Made by a program: the position numbers and the translations under genes. A DNA stretch of 64,000 bases from an uncultured Actinomycetota bacterium (GTDB lineage Bacteria > Actinomycetota > Actinomycetes > Mycobacteriales > SCTD01), in the NCBI GenBank assembly GCA_963761655.1, contig CAVXHI010000011.1:412588-476587 (forward strand), written 5' to 3'. The stretch's first letter is position 1. Each line of letters opens with the position of its first letter. The notes under the pieces are model-generated. The model saw only the letters and a program-made list of their open reading frames with translations. It was not told where the DNA came from and did no database searches. Positions 9,274 to 19,494 of this stretch are shown here, piece after piece.

Positions 9274-10796
9274 GGCGTCCCCGCCGGGACCGACGGGGCG
9301 AGCGGGAGTGGGCTCGCCGGGACCGACGGGGCGAGCGGGAGAGGGCTCGCGCCGAGGTGCCCGCCCAGGCGCCGCGGCAGGGTCACGCGGAAGGAGGCCC
9401 CGAGACCGGGCGCGCTCCAGGCCTCGAGGTCGCCGCCGTGCAGCCGGACGTCCTCCCGGGCGATCGCGAGGCCGAGGCCGGTCCCGCCGGTGGTCCGTGC
9501 GCGGGAGGGGTCGCCGCGCCAGAACCGGGTGAAGACCAGCTCCTCGTCGCCCGCCCGCAGCCCGACGCCGCTGTCGCGCACGACCAGGGCGGCGGTGTCG
9601 TCCGAGCCCACGACCTGCACCTCGACCGGACGCCCCTCGCCGTGCTCCACGGCGTTCACGACCAGGTTGCGCAGGACCCGCTCGAGCCGGACGTGGTCGG
9701 CCTCGACGACGACGGGACCGTCCGAGCGCAGCACCAGCGCGGTGCCCTTGGCCCGGGCGAGCGGCTCGGCGGCGGTCAGCACCCGGTCGGCGACGGCGAC
9801 GAGGTCGAGCGGCTCGGCGTCCAGCGAGGCCGCCCCGGCGTCGTAGCGGCTGATCTCGAGGAGGTCGACCAGCAGGGCCTCGAACCGGTCCAGCTCGGTC
9901 TGCAGCAGCTCGGCGCTGCGGGCGACGTGCGGGGGGAAGCCGCCGCGGCCCTCGTGCAGGACGTCCGCCGCCATCCGCACGGTGGTGAGCGGCGTCCGCA
10001 GCTCGTGGCTGACGTCGGAGACGAACCGGCGCTGCAGCATCGACAGGTCCTCCAGGCGGCGGATCTGCTCCTGCAGGGACGCCGCCATCGTGTTGAAGGA
10101 CAGCGCCAGCAGGGCGAGCTCGTCCTCGCCCCGCACCTGCATGCGCTCCTCGAGCCGCCCGGCCGCGAGCCGCTCCGCCGTCCGGGCGGCCATCCGCACC
10201 GGCGACACCACCTGGCGGGTCACGAGCAGGGCGATCAGCGCCAGCAGCCCCACCAGCAGGAGCCCGGCGGCCGCGGCGGTGCGGCGCACCAGGGCGTAGG
10301 TCTGCTGCTCGTCGGTGAGCGGGAACAGGTGCACGAGCCGGTAGGGCCCGAGCGGGGTCTGCAGGCGGCTGCCCACCACGAGGGTGTCGACCGCGCCGTC
10401 CGGCCCCGCCGTCGGGGCGTAGGCGAGGGCCGGGGAGGCCGTCTCGAGCCGTCGCTGCAGGGCGGCCGGGACGTCGTCCAGGGTGCGTGCACCGAACAGG
10501 AAGACGTTGCTGTCGGGCGGGCCGGCGAGCACGAGGTCGTAGAGGTCGCCGGTCGAGCCGCGCTCCCCGAGGCTCTGGGTGATGTCGGCCAGCAGGCCCT
10601 GGACGGCGAGCGGCTGCTGGCTGGACGCGGCGTCCAGCCGGACCTGGGCCTGCAGCGCCCCGGCCCGCGCCTCGGACAGCGCCGACCGCTGCTTGGCCTC
10701 GACCAGCCCCCGCCCCACCTGGTCGAGCAGCAGGGTCGCGAGCAGCAGGACGACGACGCCGGACACGAGCAGCGTCGTCGCCACGACCCGCGCCAT
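9270..10796 (-). CDS. mtrB: Sensor histidine kinase MtrB
   Basis: TM, HAMP, HisKA (FVSDVSHELRTPLTTV) and HATPase (NLVVNAVEHGEG, DSGVGL, GGTGLGLAIA). RRTWRRSL.ARVVATTLL resembles the MtrB N-terminus, so the true start may lie upstream of ATG 10796. Only a CTG at 10862 is available in frame. Confidence 0.88.
   Translation of the reverse strand: MARVVATTLLVSGVVVLLLATLLLDQVGRGLVEAKQRSALSEARAGALQAQVRLDAASSQQPLAVQGLLADITQSLGERGSTGDLYDLVLAGPPDSNVFLFGARTLDDVPAALQRRLETASPALAYAPTAGPDGAVDTLVVGSRLQTPLGPYRLVHLFPLTDEQQTYALVRRTAAAAGLLLVGLLALIALLVTRQVVSPVRMAARTAERLAAGRLEERMQVRGEDELALLALSFNTMAASLQEQIRRLEDLSMLQRRFVSDVSHELRTPLTTVRMAADVLHEGRGGFPPHVARSAELLQTELDRFEALLVDLLEISRYDAGAASLDAEPLDLVAVADRVLTAAEPLARAKGTALVLRSDGPVVVEADHVRLERVLRNLVVNAVEHGEGRPVEVQVVGSDDTAALVVRDSGVGLRAGDEELVFTRFWRGDPSRARTTGGTGLGLAIAREDVRLHGGDLEAWSAPGLGASFRVTLPRRLGGHLGASPLPLAPSVPASPLPLAPSVPAGTP
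9284..9349. repeat. Tandem 33-bp direct duplication (2 units, 1 mismatch) in the mtrB 3' end
   Basis: Units at 9284-9316 and 9317-9349 (CCGGGACCGACGGGGCGAGCGGGAG[T/A]GGGCTCG). They encode ASPLPLAPSVP twice at the MtrB C-terminus, 11-76 nt upstream of the lpqB start. Confidence 0.9.
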
Positions 10797-10858
10797 GAGG
10801 CTGCGCCGCCACGTCCGGCGGGCCTGCTGGACGAGCAGCCCGAGCGCCCGGCCGGACC

Positions 10859-11548
10859 TCAGGGCGGACCGGCCTTGTAGCCGACCCCCCGCACGGTGAC
10901 GACGACCTGCGGGTGCTCGGGGTCGCGCTCGACCTTGGCGCGCAGGCGCTGCACGTGGACGTTGACCAGCCGGGTGTCGGCGGCGTGCCGGTAGTGCCAG
11001 ACCTGCTCGAGCAGGACCTCGCGGGTGAACACGGTGCGGGGGCGCCGGGCCAGGGCGACCAGCAGGTCGAACTCGAGCGGCGTGAGGGACAGCTGCTGCC
11101 CGCCCCGCTCGACCCGGTGGCCCTGGACGTCGATGCGCACGGGGTCGTCGTCGGGGCCGATCGACAGCTCCTCGGGGTCGACGTCGTCGCGCACCCGCAG
11201 CCGCGCGCGGACCCGGGCGACGAGCTCCTTGGGCTTGAACGGCTTCACGACGTAGTCGTCGGCGCCGCTCTCGAGGCCCAGGACGACGTCGACGGTGTCG
11301 CTGCGGGCGGTGAGCATGACGATCGGGACGCCGCTCTCGGCGCGGATCTGCCGGCAGACCTGGATGCCGTCGAGACCGGGGAGCATGACGTCGAGCAGCA
11401 CGAGGTCGGGGCGGTCGCGGCGGAAGGCGGCCAGGGCCGCGGAGCCGTCGTCGACGAAGCTGGGCTCGAGGCCCTCGCCGCGCAGGACGATGCCGAGCAT
11501 CTCCGCCAGGGCGGGGTCGTCGTCGACGACCAGCACCCGGGCCCTCAC
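10859..11548 (-). CDS. mtrA: OmpR-family response regulator MtrA
   Basis: VLVVDDDPALAEML, DLVLLDVMLPGLDG, winged helix ending VVTVRGVGYKAGPP. GTG 11548 gives 229 aa, an MtrA-like length. ATG 11590 is the alternative start. Confidence 0.9.
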   Translation of the reverse strand: MRARVLVVDDDPALAEMLGIVLRGEGLEPSFVDDGSAALAAFRRDRPDLVLLDVMLPGLDGIQVCRQIRAESGVPIVMLTARSDTVDVVLGLESGADDYVVKPFKPKELVARVRARLRVRDDVDPEELSIGPDDDPVRIDVQGHRVERGGQQLSLTPLEFDLLVALARRPRTVFTREVLLEQVWHYRHAADTRLVNVHVQRLRAKVERDPEHPQVVVTVRGVGYKAGPP

Positions 11549-11940
11549 GCTGCTCCTGTCCCGGGTCGCGCCATGTCCCCATGCTCGCACTCCGCGGGGC
11601 AGCCGTGCGTGACAGCATGACGGGGAGCGGTCCCGGGGGGACCCCGACGAGCGGGAGCCGATGAGCGAGCCGACCAGCGGATGGGCCTCGCCCGGGCAGC
11701 AGCGGCCCCCGGCGCCGTCTCACCGAGCCGGTCGCGCCGGTCGCGCCTCCCGCGCCGGTCGCCCCGCCCGCCTGGCAGACCACGCCCGGCTGGGGCGGTC
11801 CGGCCGCGCCCGCGGCCTTCTCAGCGGGGCAGCCGGCCGTCCCCCGTCCCGGCGTCGTCCCGCTGCGGCCGCTCGGCCTCGGCGAGCTGCTCGACGGTGC
11901 CGTCGGCCTGGTCCGCGGCTACCCGCGTCCGGCCCTCGGG

Positions 11941-12780
11941 GTGTCGGCCGTCATCGCCCTCGTGAGCACCGCGGTGCAGCTGCTGGTCGTGCTGACGCTC
12001 CTGCAGCCGCTGTTCGACGTCGACACCGAGGCCCTCGCGAACGGTGACAGCGACGCGCTGGTGGGCGTCATCGCGGGGACGAGCGCCGCGGGGATCGTGT
12101 CGCTCGTGGTCGGCACGCTCACCGGCGCCCTGATGACCGGCTTCCTCACCCGGATCGCCGGCAAGGCCGTCCTGGGCCAGCCGCTGACCGTCCGCGAGCT
12201 CTGGGACAGCACCCGCCCGCTGGTCGGCCGCCTGGTCCTCGCGTCGCTCCTGTACGGCGTCGTGGTCTACGGGACCGCCTTCGTCGGGCTGGTCGTCGCG
12301 GGCGTGCTGGTCGCGGTCGGGGGCGTGGTCGGTGCGGTCCTCGGCGTCGCCGTCGGGGTCGCGGCCCTGGTCTTCGCCGCGATCGCCTACGTCCGCTTCT
12401 CGCTCGCCGGGAGCGCCCTCGTGCTCGAGGACGCGCGGGTGGTGCTGGCGTTCCGCCGGTCCTGGCGCCTGGTGCGGCGCAGCAGCTGGCGGGTCCTCGG
12501 GGTGCTCCTGCTGACGATCGTCGTCGCCGGCTTCGTCGGGCAGGTCGTCCAGCTGCCGTTCTCGTTGTTCGGGGGCGGCGGGAACCCGCTCTCCGCCCTG
12601 TCCGGCGACGCCACCAGCGTCTCCACCCGGACGCTCGTCCTGTCCACGATCGGGGGCGGCGTCGCCGCGACCCTGGTCGCCCCGTTCACCGCGGGCGTCA
12701 CCGCGCTGCTCTACATCGACCGCCGCATGCGGGCGGAGGGCCTGGACGTCTCGCTGCAGGCGGCCGCGCAGCAGCCGTGA
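11941..12780 (+). CDS. Polytopic membrane protein (GlpQ-membrane-domain-like) heading the MoxR operon; N-terminus apparently frameshifted
   Basis: 279 aa from the first canonical start, with 6-7 TM helices. The conserved PLRPLGLGELLDG box is in frame upstream with no start codon. The Pro-rich N-terminus (ATG 11661) is in another frame (see finding). Confidence 0.75.
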   Translation: MSAVIALVSTAVQLLVVLTLLQPLFDVDTEALANGDSDALVGVIAGTSAAGIVSLVVGTLTGALMTGFLTRIAGKAVLGQPLTVRELWDSTRPLVGRLVLASLLYGVVVYGTAFVGLVVAGVLVAVGGVVGAVLGVAVGVAALVFAAIAYVRFSLAGSALVLEDARVVLAFRRSWRLVRRSSWRVLGVLLLTIVVAGFVGQVVQLPFSLFGGGGNPLSALSGDATSVSTRTLVLSTIGGGVAATLVAPFTAGVTALLYIDRRMRAEGLDVSLQAAAQQP

Positions 12781-13385
12781 CGCCCGTGCTCGTGCAGGCC
12801 CTCGACGGCCTCACCCGCGAGGGGGCCCAGCGCGACGCCCGGCGCGAGCTGCTCCGCCCGCAGTACGCCGAGGCGCGCCCGCCGCTGCTGGTGCGTGCCC
12901 TGCAGGCCGTCCTGCGGGCGCTCGGCCGGCTGCTCGACAGCGTCCCCGGGGTGCCCGGCGGACGCGGCGGCGTCGTGCTGCTGCTCCTGCTCCTGGCCGC
13001 CGTCGTCGTCGTCGTGCTCGTCCGGCTCGGCCCGCTGGCCCGCGACCGGGCCGCCGCCGGAGCGCTCGACGACGGGCAGCGGCTGACCGCGGCCGGGCAC
13101 CGGGAGGCGGCCGAGCGCGCCGCCGCCGAGGGCCGCTGGGCCGACGCCGTCCGGGAGCGGCTGCGGGCCGTCGTCCGCGACCTCGAGGCCCGCGGCGTGC
13201 TGGACGCCCGCCCCGGACGCACTGCCGGGGAGGTCGCCCTCGACGGCGGCGCCGCGCTGCCCGCGGCCGCGGACGACCTGCGCCGGGCCGCGTCGGTCTT
13301 CGACGAGGTCTGGTACGGCGGGCGCCCCGCCGACGCCGGGTCCTACGACGTCCTCGTCGAGGTCGACCGGAGGGTCCGGGCGTGA
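12777..13385 (+). CDS. DUF4129 domain-containing membrane protein
   Basis: GTGA overlap. One TM (VVLLLLLLAAVVVVVLV), then HREAAERAAAEGRWADAVRERLRAVVRDLEARGV...GRTAGE...FDEVWYGGRPA. Confidence 0.8.
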   Translation: MTPVLVQALDGLTREGAQRDARRELLRPQYAEARPPLLVRALQAVLRALGRLLDSVPGVPGGRGGVVLLLLLLAAVVVVVLVRLGPLARDRAAAGALDDGQRLTAAGHREAAERAAAEGRWADAVRERLRAVVRDLEARGVLDARPGRTAGEVALDGGAALPAAADDLRRAASVFDEVWYGGRPADAGSYDVLVEVDRRVRA

Positions 13386-14509
13386 CGACCGCGACCGGCC
13401 CCACGCTGTCGAGCACGGTCCGCTCCGCGCGCGGACCGGTCCTCGTCGGGGTGCTGCTGCTGGGCGGGCTGCTCCTGCTCGCGCTGCTCACCCGCTCGGG
13501 CCCCGCCGGGCGGCTCGACCCCGGCAGCTACACCCCCGACGGCTCCCGGGCGCTCGCCACCCTGCTGGAGGACCGCGGGGTCGACGTCCGGAGGGTCGAC
13601 GACGTCGGCGACGCCGTGGGGGGCACCAGCCGCACCACCCTGCTCGTCCCCGACCCCGCCCTGCTGACCGCCGGCGAGCTGGCCCGGCTGACCGCCCGCC
13701 CCGGCGAGCTCGTCGTGCTCGAGGCCGGGCCGGACGACGTCGAGGCGCTGGCCCTGGCCGTCGAGGTCGGGGAGCCCGTGGCCGTCGAGGACCGGCGCCC
13801 CGCGTGCGACCTGCGGGCCGCGGCCGTCGCCGGCGACGTCGACACGGGCGGGTACACCTACCGGGCGCGGTCCGGGGACTCCGTCGGCTGCTACGCCAGC
13901 CGCGGCCGCCCGACCCTGCTGCGGCTGCCCTCGGCACGGACGACCCTGGTCGGCAGCGCCGACGCGTTCACCAACGACAGGCTGGCCGACCGCGGCAGCG
14001 CAGCCCTGGCGCTGGCCCTGCTCGGCACCGGCGACGAGGTCCGCTGGCTGGTCCCCGCCCCCGGCCGCGCGGTGCCGGACGGCGGGCGGACGCCGCTGTC
14101 GGAGCTGCTCCCCGACTGGGTCCGCCCCGGGGTCCTGCAGCTGCTCGTCGCGACCGCCGCGCTGATGCTCTGGCGGGCCCGCCAGCTCGGCCGGGTCGTG
14201 CCCGAGCCGCTGCCCGTGGTGGTCCGCTCGGCCGAGGCCGTCGAGGGCCGGGCCCGGCTGTACCGCGCCTCCGGGTCGCGCGACCGGGCCGCCGCCGCCC
14301 TGCGGGCCGCGGCCCGTGAGCGCCTCGTGCGCCGGCTCGGCCTGCCGGTCGGCGCCGGGGAGCAGGCGCTGGTGGCGGCGGTCAGCGCCCGGACCGGGCA
14401 GGACGACGTCGGCGCGCTGCTGGCCGGTCCCCCGCCCGCCGACGACGCCGCCCTGGTGCGCCTCGCGGACGGCCTCGACGCGCTGGAGTCGCGGGTGGGG
14501 GCAGGATGA
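13382..14509 (+). CDS. DUF4350 domain-containing membrane protein
   Basis: GTGA overlap. N-terminal TM, then YTPDGSRALATLLEDRGVDVRRVDD, then a C-terminal TM plus helical tail. Confidence 0.8.
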   Translation: MTTATGPTLSSTVRSARGPVLVGVLLLGGLLLLALLTRSGPAGRLDPGSYTPDGSRALATLLEDRGVDVRRVDDVGDAVGGTSRTTLLVPDPALLTAGELARLTARPGELVVLEAGPDDVEALALAVEVGEPVAVEDRRPACDLRAAAVAGDVDTGGYTYRARSGDSVGCYASRGRPTLLRLPSARTTLVGSADAFTNDRLADRGSAALALALLGTGDEVRWLVPAPGRAVPDGGRTPLSELLPDWVRPGVLQLLVATAALMLWRARQLGRVVPEPLPVVVRSAEAVEGRARLYRASGSRDRAAAALRAAARERLVRRLGLPVGAGEQALVAAVSARTGQDDVGALLAGPPPADDAALVRLADGLDALESRVGAG

Positions 14510-14513
14510 GGGC

Positions 14514-15521
<1,008 letters not shown>

Positions 15522-15524
15522 CCG

Positions 15525-16817
15525 GTGGCTCTCACCGGGCGCGCCGCCCTGGTCGCCCTGCTCCTGCTCGTGCCGGTCGTGCTGGTCCCGTCCACCGCGA
15601 TCGTGCTGGTGCTGCTGGCCGCCCTCGCCGTCGTCGTGCTGGTCGACGTCGCCCTCGCCGGTCCGGTCTCGACGCTGGAGGTCTCGCGGTCGGGGGCGAC
15701 GTCGGCGCGGCTGGGCGACGCCGTCGAGGTGCAGCTGTCGGTGCGCAACCCCGGGCCCCGGCGCGTCCGCGGGGTGCTGCGCGACGCGTGGGTGCCGTCG
15801 GCCGGGGCGTCGCCGTCCGTCCGGCCCCTGGAGGTCGGCCCCGGGGAACGTCGCCTGCTGACGACGACGCTCACCCCGACCCGCCGCGGCGACCGGCTCC
15901 CCGACCGCCTCACCGTCCGCTCGGTCGGCCCGCTGGGGCTCGGGGCACGGCAGGGTCGGCACGAGGTCCCGTGGCGGGTGCGCGTGCAGCCGCCGTTCAC
16001 GTCCCGGAAGTTCCTGCCGGAGAAGCTCGCCCGGCTGCGGCAGCTCGACGGCCTCGTCGCGGCCCGGGTCCGCGGGCAGGGCACCGAGTTCGACTCCCTG
16101 CGCGAGTACGTCGACGGCGACGACGTCCGCTCCATCGACTGGCGCGCCACCGCCCGCAGGTCCGAGACCGTCGTCCGGACCTGGCGGCCCGAGCGCGACC
16201 GCCGCGTGCTGCTCGTCCTGGACACCGGCCGCACCTCCGCCGGCCGGGTCGGTGACGCTCCCCGCCTGGACGCCGCCCTCGACGCCGCCCTGCTGCTCGC
16301 CGCCCTGGCGGTCCGGGCCGGCGACCGGGTCGACCTGCTCGCCGTCGACCGCGTGCTCAAGGGCGCCGTCGAGGGGGCCGGGCGCGACGACGTGCTGCCC
16401 CGGCTGGTCGACGTCATGGCCGGCCTCGAGCCCGCCCTGGTCGAGACCGACGGACGCCGGCTCGTGTCGGAGGTCCTGCGCCGGGCCCGCCGCCGCTGCC
16501 TCGTCGTGCTGTTCACCTCGCTCGAGACCGCGCCGCTCGAGGAGGGGCTGCTGCCCGTGCTCGCCGGCCTGACGTCGCGCCACACCGTGGTGCTCGCCGC
16601 CGTGGCGGACCCCCGGGTCGAGGAGATGGCCGCCTCCCGCGGCTCGGTCGGGGCGGTCTACGACGCGGCCGCCGCGGAGCGGGCCCGGGGCGAGCGGGCC
16701 CGGCTGACCGCCCTGCTCCGGCGTCGGGGCGTCGAGGTCGTGGACGCGCCGCCGGCGACCCTCGCGCCCCTGGTCGCCGACGCCTACCTGTCGCTCAAGG
16801 CGGCCGGCCGGCTGTGA
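15525..16817 (+). CDS. DUF58 (vWA-like) domain-containing protein, MoxR partner
   Basis: Two N-terminal TM helices. GTEFDSLREYVDGDDVRSIDWRATAR motif and LVLDTGRT segment. Confidence 0.9.
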   Translation: MALTGRAALVALLLLVPVVLVPSTAIVLVLLAALAVVVLVDVALAGPVSTLEVSRSGATSARLGDAVEVQLSVRNPGPRRVRGVLRDAWVPSAGASPSVRPLEVGPGERRLLTTTLTPTRRGDRLPDRLTVRSVGPLGLGARQGRHEVPWRVRVQPPFTSRKFLPEKLARLRQLDGLVAARVRGQGTEFDSLREYVDGDDVRSIDWRATARRSETVVRTWRPERDRRVLLVLDTGRTSAGRVGDAPRLDAALDAALLLAALAVRAGDRVDLLAVDRVLKGAVEGAGRDDVLPRLVDVMAGLEPALVETDGRRLVSEVLRRARRRCLVVLFTSLETAPLEEGLLPVLAGLTSRHTVVLAAVADPRVEEMAASRGSVGAVYDAAAAERARGERARLTALLRRRGVEVVDAPPATLAPLVADAYLSLKAAGRL

Positions 16818-17533
16818 TCCCGGGCGGCGACGAGCTCGCGCTGCTGGCGGCGTCGGCCTGGCCGGCCCGGGAGCAGGTCGAGGTCGGCGGCTGGCTCCTG
16901 CGGGCCTCGGCCGGGGTGACCTCGCGGGCCAACAGCGCCCTGCCCCTGGCGCCCGTCGACCTGGACGCCGTGCTGCCCGCGGTCGAGGACTTCTACGACG
17001 CCCGGCTGCTGCCGCCCCGGGTGCAGGTGTCCGCGCCTGCGCTGGACGACGGCCTCGCGGCCCGGGGCTGGACGGCGTCGGGGGACGTGGACGTGCTGGT
17101 GGGGCCCCTGCCCCGGGGCCCGTCCCCGGCCGTCGTCGCCGAGCTGGACGACGCGTGGGTGGACTGCTGGTGGGCCGTGGACGGGCGGGGCGGGCCTTCC
17201 GCGCGGCTCGTCGCCGTGTCGATGCTCGAGCTCGTGGCGCACGACGTCGCCTACGCGCGGGTGGTCCGGGACGGCGTCGTCGTCGGGGTGGCGCGCGGGG
17301 TGGCGCAGCCGCCGTGGCTCGGGGTGTTCCAGGTGGCGGTGCTGCCGTCCGTCCGCCGCGAGGGGGTCGGGTCGGACCTGCTGCGGACCCTCGAGGCCTG
17401 GGGCGAGGAGCGCGGGTGCTGGAGCGCCTACCTGCAGGTGGCCCGGGACGACCCGGGTCGGGGGCTGTACGCGGGGATGCAGGTGTCCGGGTCGTACCGG
17501 TACCGGAGCCGTCCCCTACCGTGCCCGCCGTGA
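16814..17533 (+). CDS. GNAT-family acetyltransferase-like protein
   Basis: GTGA overlap. C-terminal GNAT core VFQVAVLPSVRREGVGSDLLRTLEAWGEERG. Confidence 0.7.
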   Translation: MIPGGDELALLAASAWPAREQVEVGGWLLRASAGVTSRANSALPLAPVDLDAVLPAVEDFYDARLLPPRVQVSAPALDDGLAARGWTASGDVDVLVGPLPRGPSPAVVAELDDAWVDCWWAVDGRGGPSARLVAVSMLELVAHDVAYARVVRDGVVVGVARGVAQPPWLGVFQVAVLPSVRREGVGSDLLRTLEAWGEERGCWSAYLQVARDDPGRGLYAGMQVSGSYRYRSRPLPCPP

Positions 17534-18843
17534 CAGACCTGCTGCCCGGCACCGCTGCCCGCCTGCTCCCCCTGGTCGCCCGCGCCCAGCGGGACGGGCG
17601 GGCGCCGTCGTTGCTGGCGGGGGTCGTGCGGGACGGCGGGCTGGCGTGGTCGGCCGGACGGGGCGACGTCGCCGAGCCCCACCACGACGTCCAGTACCGC
17701 CTCGGCTCGATCACCAAGCCGGTCACGGCAGTCGCGGTGATGCGGCTGCGCGACGAGGGCCTGCTCGACCTCGACGACGCCCTCGAGGACCACCTGCCCG
17801 GCACGCCCCTCGGCCGCCGGACCGTCGGGCAGCTGCTCGCCCACGTCGGCGGCGTCGGGGCGGAGAGCCCGGGGCCGTGGTGGGAGCGGACGCCGGGCGG
17901 GCCGGACCTCGCCCTGACCGACGCCGACCGGGTGCTCGCGGCCGGCCGGCGCTTCCACTACTCGAACCTCGGCTTCGGGCTGCTCGGGCAGGTCGTGGCC
18001 GGCCTGCGGGGCCGCGCCTGGGAGGACGTCGTCCGCGACGAGGTCCTGCTGCCCCTCGGGATGACCCGCACGACGCCGCGCCCGTCCGGGCGGGCCGCGT
18101 CCGGCCTGGCGGTCCACCCCTGGGCCGACGTCGTCCTGCCGGAGCCCGAGCACGACGCCGGCGCGATGGCGCCCGCGGGGCAGCTGTGGGCGACGCTGAC
18201 CGACCTCGGCCGCTTCGCCGCGTTCCTGCTCGGCGACACCGGGGACGTCCTCGCGGCGGACACCCTGGCGGAGATGTGCGAGCCCGCAGGGGTGGACGCG
18301 TCCGCCGTCGGGTGGTCGGCGTACGGGCTGGGGCTGCAGGTGCAGCGCACCGAGGGGCGCACGCTCGTCGGCCACGGCGGGTCGATGCCGGGGTTCCTCG
18401 CGATGGTGCTCGTGGACCGCGACGCGCAGACCGGTGGGGTCGCCCTGGCGAACAGCACGACCGGGGTCGACCTCGGGGTCGTGGCGCGGATGCTCGACGT
18501 CGTGCAGGAGGCCGAGCCCGCCGTCGTCGACGCCTGGCGTCCCTCGGCGCCGCCCGTGCCGCTCGACGTCCTCGGCCCCTGGTACTGGGGGCCGGCGCCG
18601 TCGGTGCTGCGGGCGACGTCGGACGGCCTGCTGCACCTCGGCGGGCTCGGCCGGGTGTCGCGGTCCTCGAGGTTCCGGCACGTCGACGGCGACGTCTGGG
18701 TCGGGCTGGACGGCTACTACGCCGGCGAGCGGCTGCAGGTGTCGCCGACCGAGCTGCGCCTCGCCACCTTCGTCTTCACGAGGACGCCGTACGACCCGGA
18801 CGCCGACGTCCCGGGCGGGGTGGACGAGCGCGGCTGGCGCTAG
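17530..18843 (+). CDS. Serine hydrolase / beta-lactamase-family (class C-like) protein
   Basis: SxxK (LGSITKPVT), YSN (FHYSNLGF), HGGSMPG box. GTG 17530 overlaps the upstream stop; GTG 17521 is an alternative. Confidence 0.85.
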   Translation: MTDLLPGTAARLLPLVARAQRDGRAPSLLAGVVRDGGLAWSAGRGDVAEPHHDVQYRLGSITKPVTAVAVMRLRDEGLLDLDDALEDHLPGTPLGRRTVGQLLAHVGGVGAESPGPWWERTPGGPDLALTDADRVLAAGRRFHYSNLGFGLLGQVVAGLRGRAWEDVVRDEVLLPLGMTRTTPRPSGRAASGLAVHPWADVVLPEPEHDAGAMAPAGQLWATLTDLGRFAAFLLGDTGDVLAADTLAEMCEPAGVDASAVGWSAYGLGLQVQRTEGRTLVGHGGSMPGFLAMVLVDRDAQTGGVALANSTTGVDLGVVARMLDVVQEAEPAVVDAWRPSAPPVPLDVLGPWYWGPAPSVLRATSDGLLHLGGLGRVSRSSRFRHVDGDVWVGLDGYYAGERLQVSPTELRLATFVFTRTPYDPDADVPGGVDERGWR

Positions 18844-19493
18844 GAGCCGGCTCCCGGGACCACCAGCTCGGCGGTCCACCGGGCACCGGGCGCAGGTGTC
18901 CACGACGCGTCGTAGCGGACCCCGGTCCGGCCGGCCACGTGGTCGAGCAGCGCCTGCTGGGCCTGCTCGACCGGGGCGTCGTCGGCGACGTCGGGCAGGC
19001 CGCCGTGCACGACCCGGTCGCCGCCCTCCAGCGTGTAGCGCCAGCCGGCCTCCGGGTGCGACAGGACGGCCCGCTCCAGCGGCCGCTTCCAGGCCCCGCG
19101 CCGCTGCCTCTCCGTGCGCGCGACGCCCCGTCGGATGCTCCGCCCGAGGACGGTCTCCTCGGGCTGCTTGACCCTGCGCACCGGGCGGGGCGCCGCACCC
19201 GCGACGGGCACCTGCGGCGGCACCGGGGCGCCCGAGGCGCTCAGGGTCTTGCCCAGCGCGACGAGCAGGCCGGTCAGGGCGAGCAGCGTGCACACCAGCA
19301 GGTAGGTCGCGTACCCGCCCCAGCCGTCGTCGCCGTGCACGCGGAGGGTGAAGGCGCCCAGCACCACGACGGGCGCGACGACGAGGACGAAGCGCCGCTC
19401 CCCCGCCTGCGCGGTCAGCCCGGCCAGCAGCGCGACCCCGCCGAGCACCCCGGGGACCACGGTGACGGCGACCAGGAACGCCAGGAGGACCAC
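18840..19493 (-). CDS. Hypothetical membrane protein (3 TM plus soluble C-terminal domain)
   Basis: Start taken at GTG 19493, 1 nt after the HAD stop (VVLLAFLVAVTVVPGVLGG). The N-terminal part of the track ORF is out of frame over the HAD gene. Confidence 0.6.
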   Translation of the reverse strand: MVLLAFLVAVTVVPGVLGGVALLAGLTAQAGERRFVLVVAPVVVLGAFTLRVHGDDGWGGYATYLLVCTLLALTGLLVALGKTLSASGAPVPPQVPVAGAAPRPVRRVKQPEETVLGRSIRRGVARTERQRRGAWKRPLERAVLSHPEAGWRYTLEGGDRVVHGGLPDVADDAPVEQAQQALLDHVAGRTGVRYDASWTPAPGARWTAELVVPGAGS

Positions 19494-19494
19494 G

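Noticed and set aside
9284-9349. CRISPR array or other spaced-repeat locus
   Set aside because: There are only two directly adjacent 33-bp units, inside mtrB coding sequence. No repeat-spacer architecture exists anywhere in the window.
7549-10812. 1087-aa ORF spanning the lpqB and mtrB regions as one gene
   Set aside because: Only the C-terminal 574 aa (from GTG 9273, with a lipobox) look like a protein (LpqB). The N-terminal 513 aa are an Arg/Pro/Gly-rich out-of-frame reading of mtrB.
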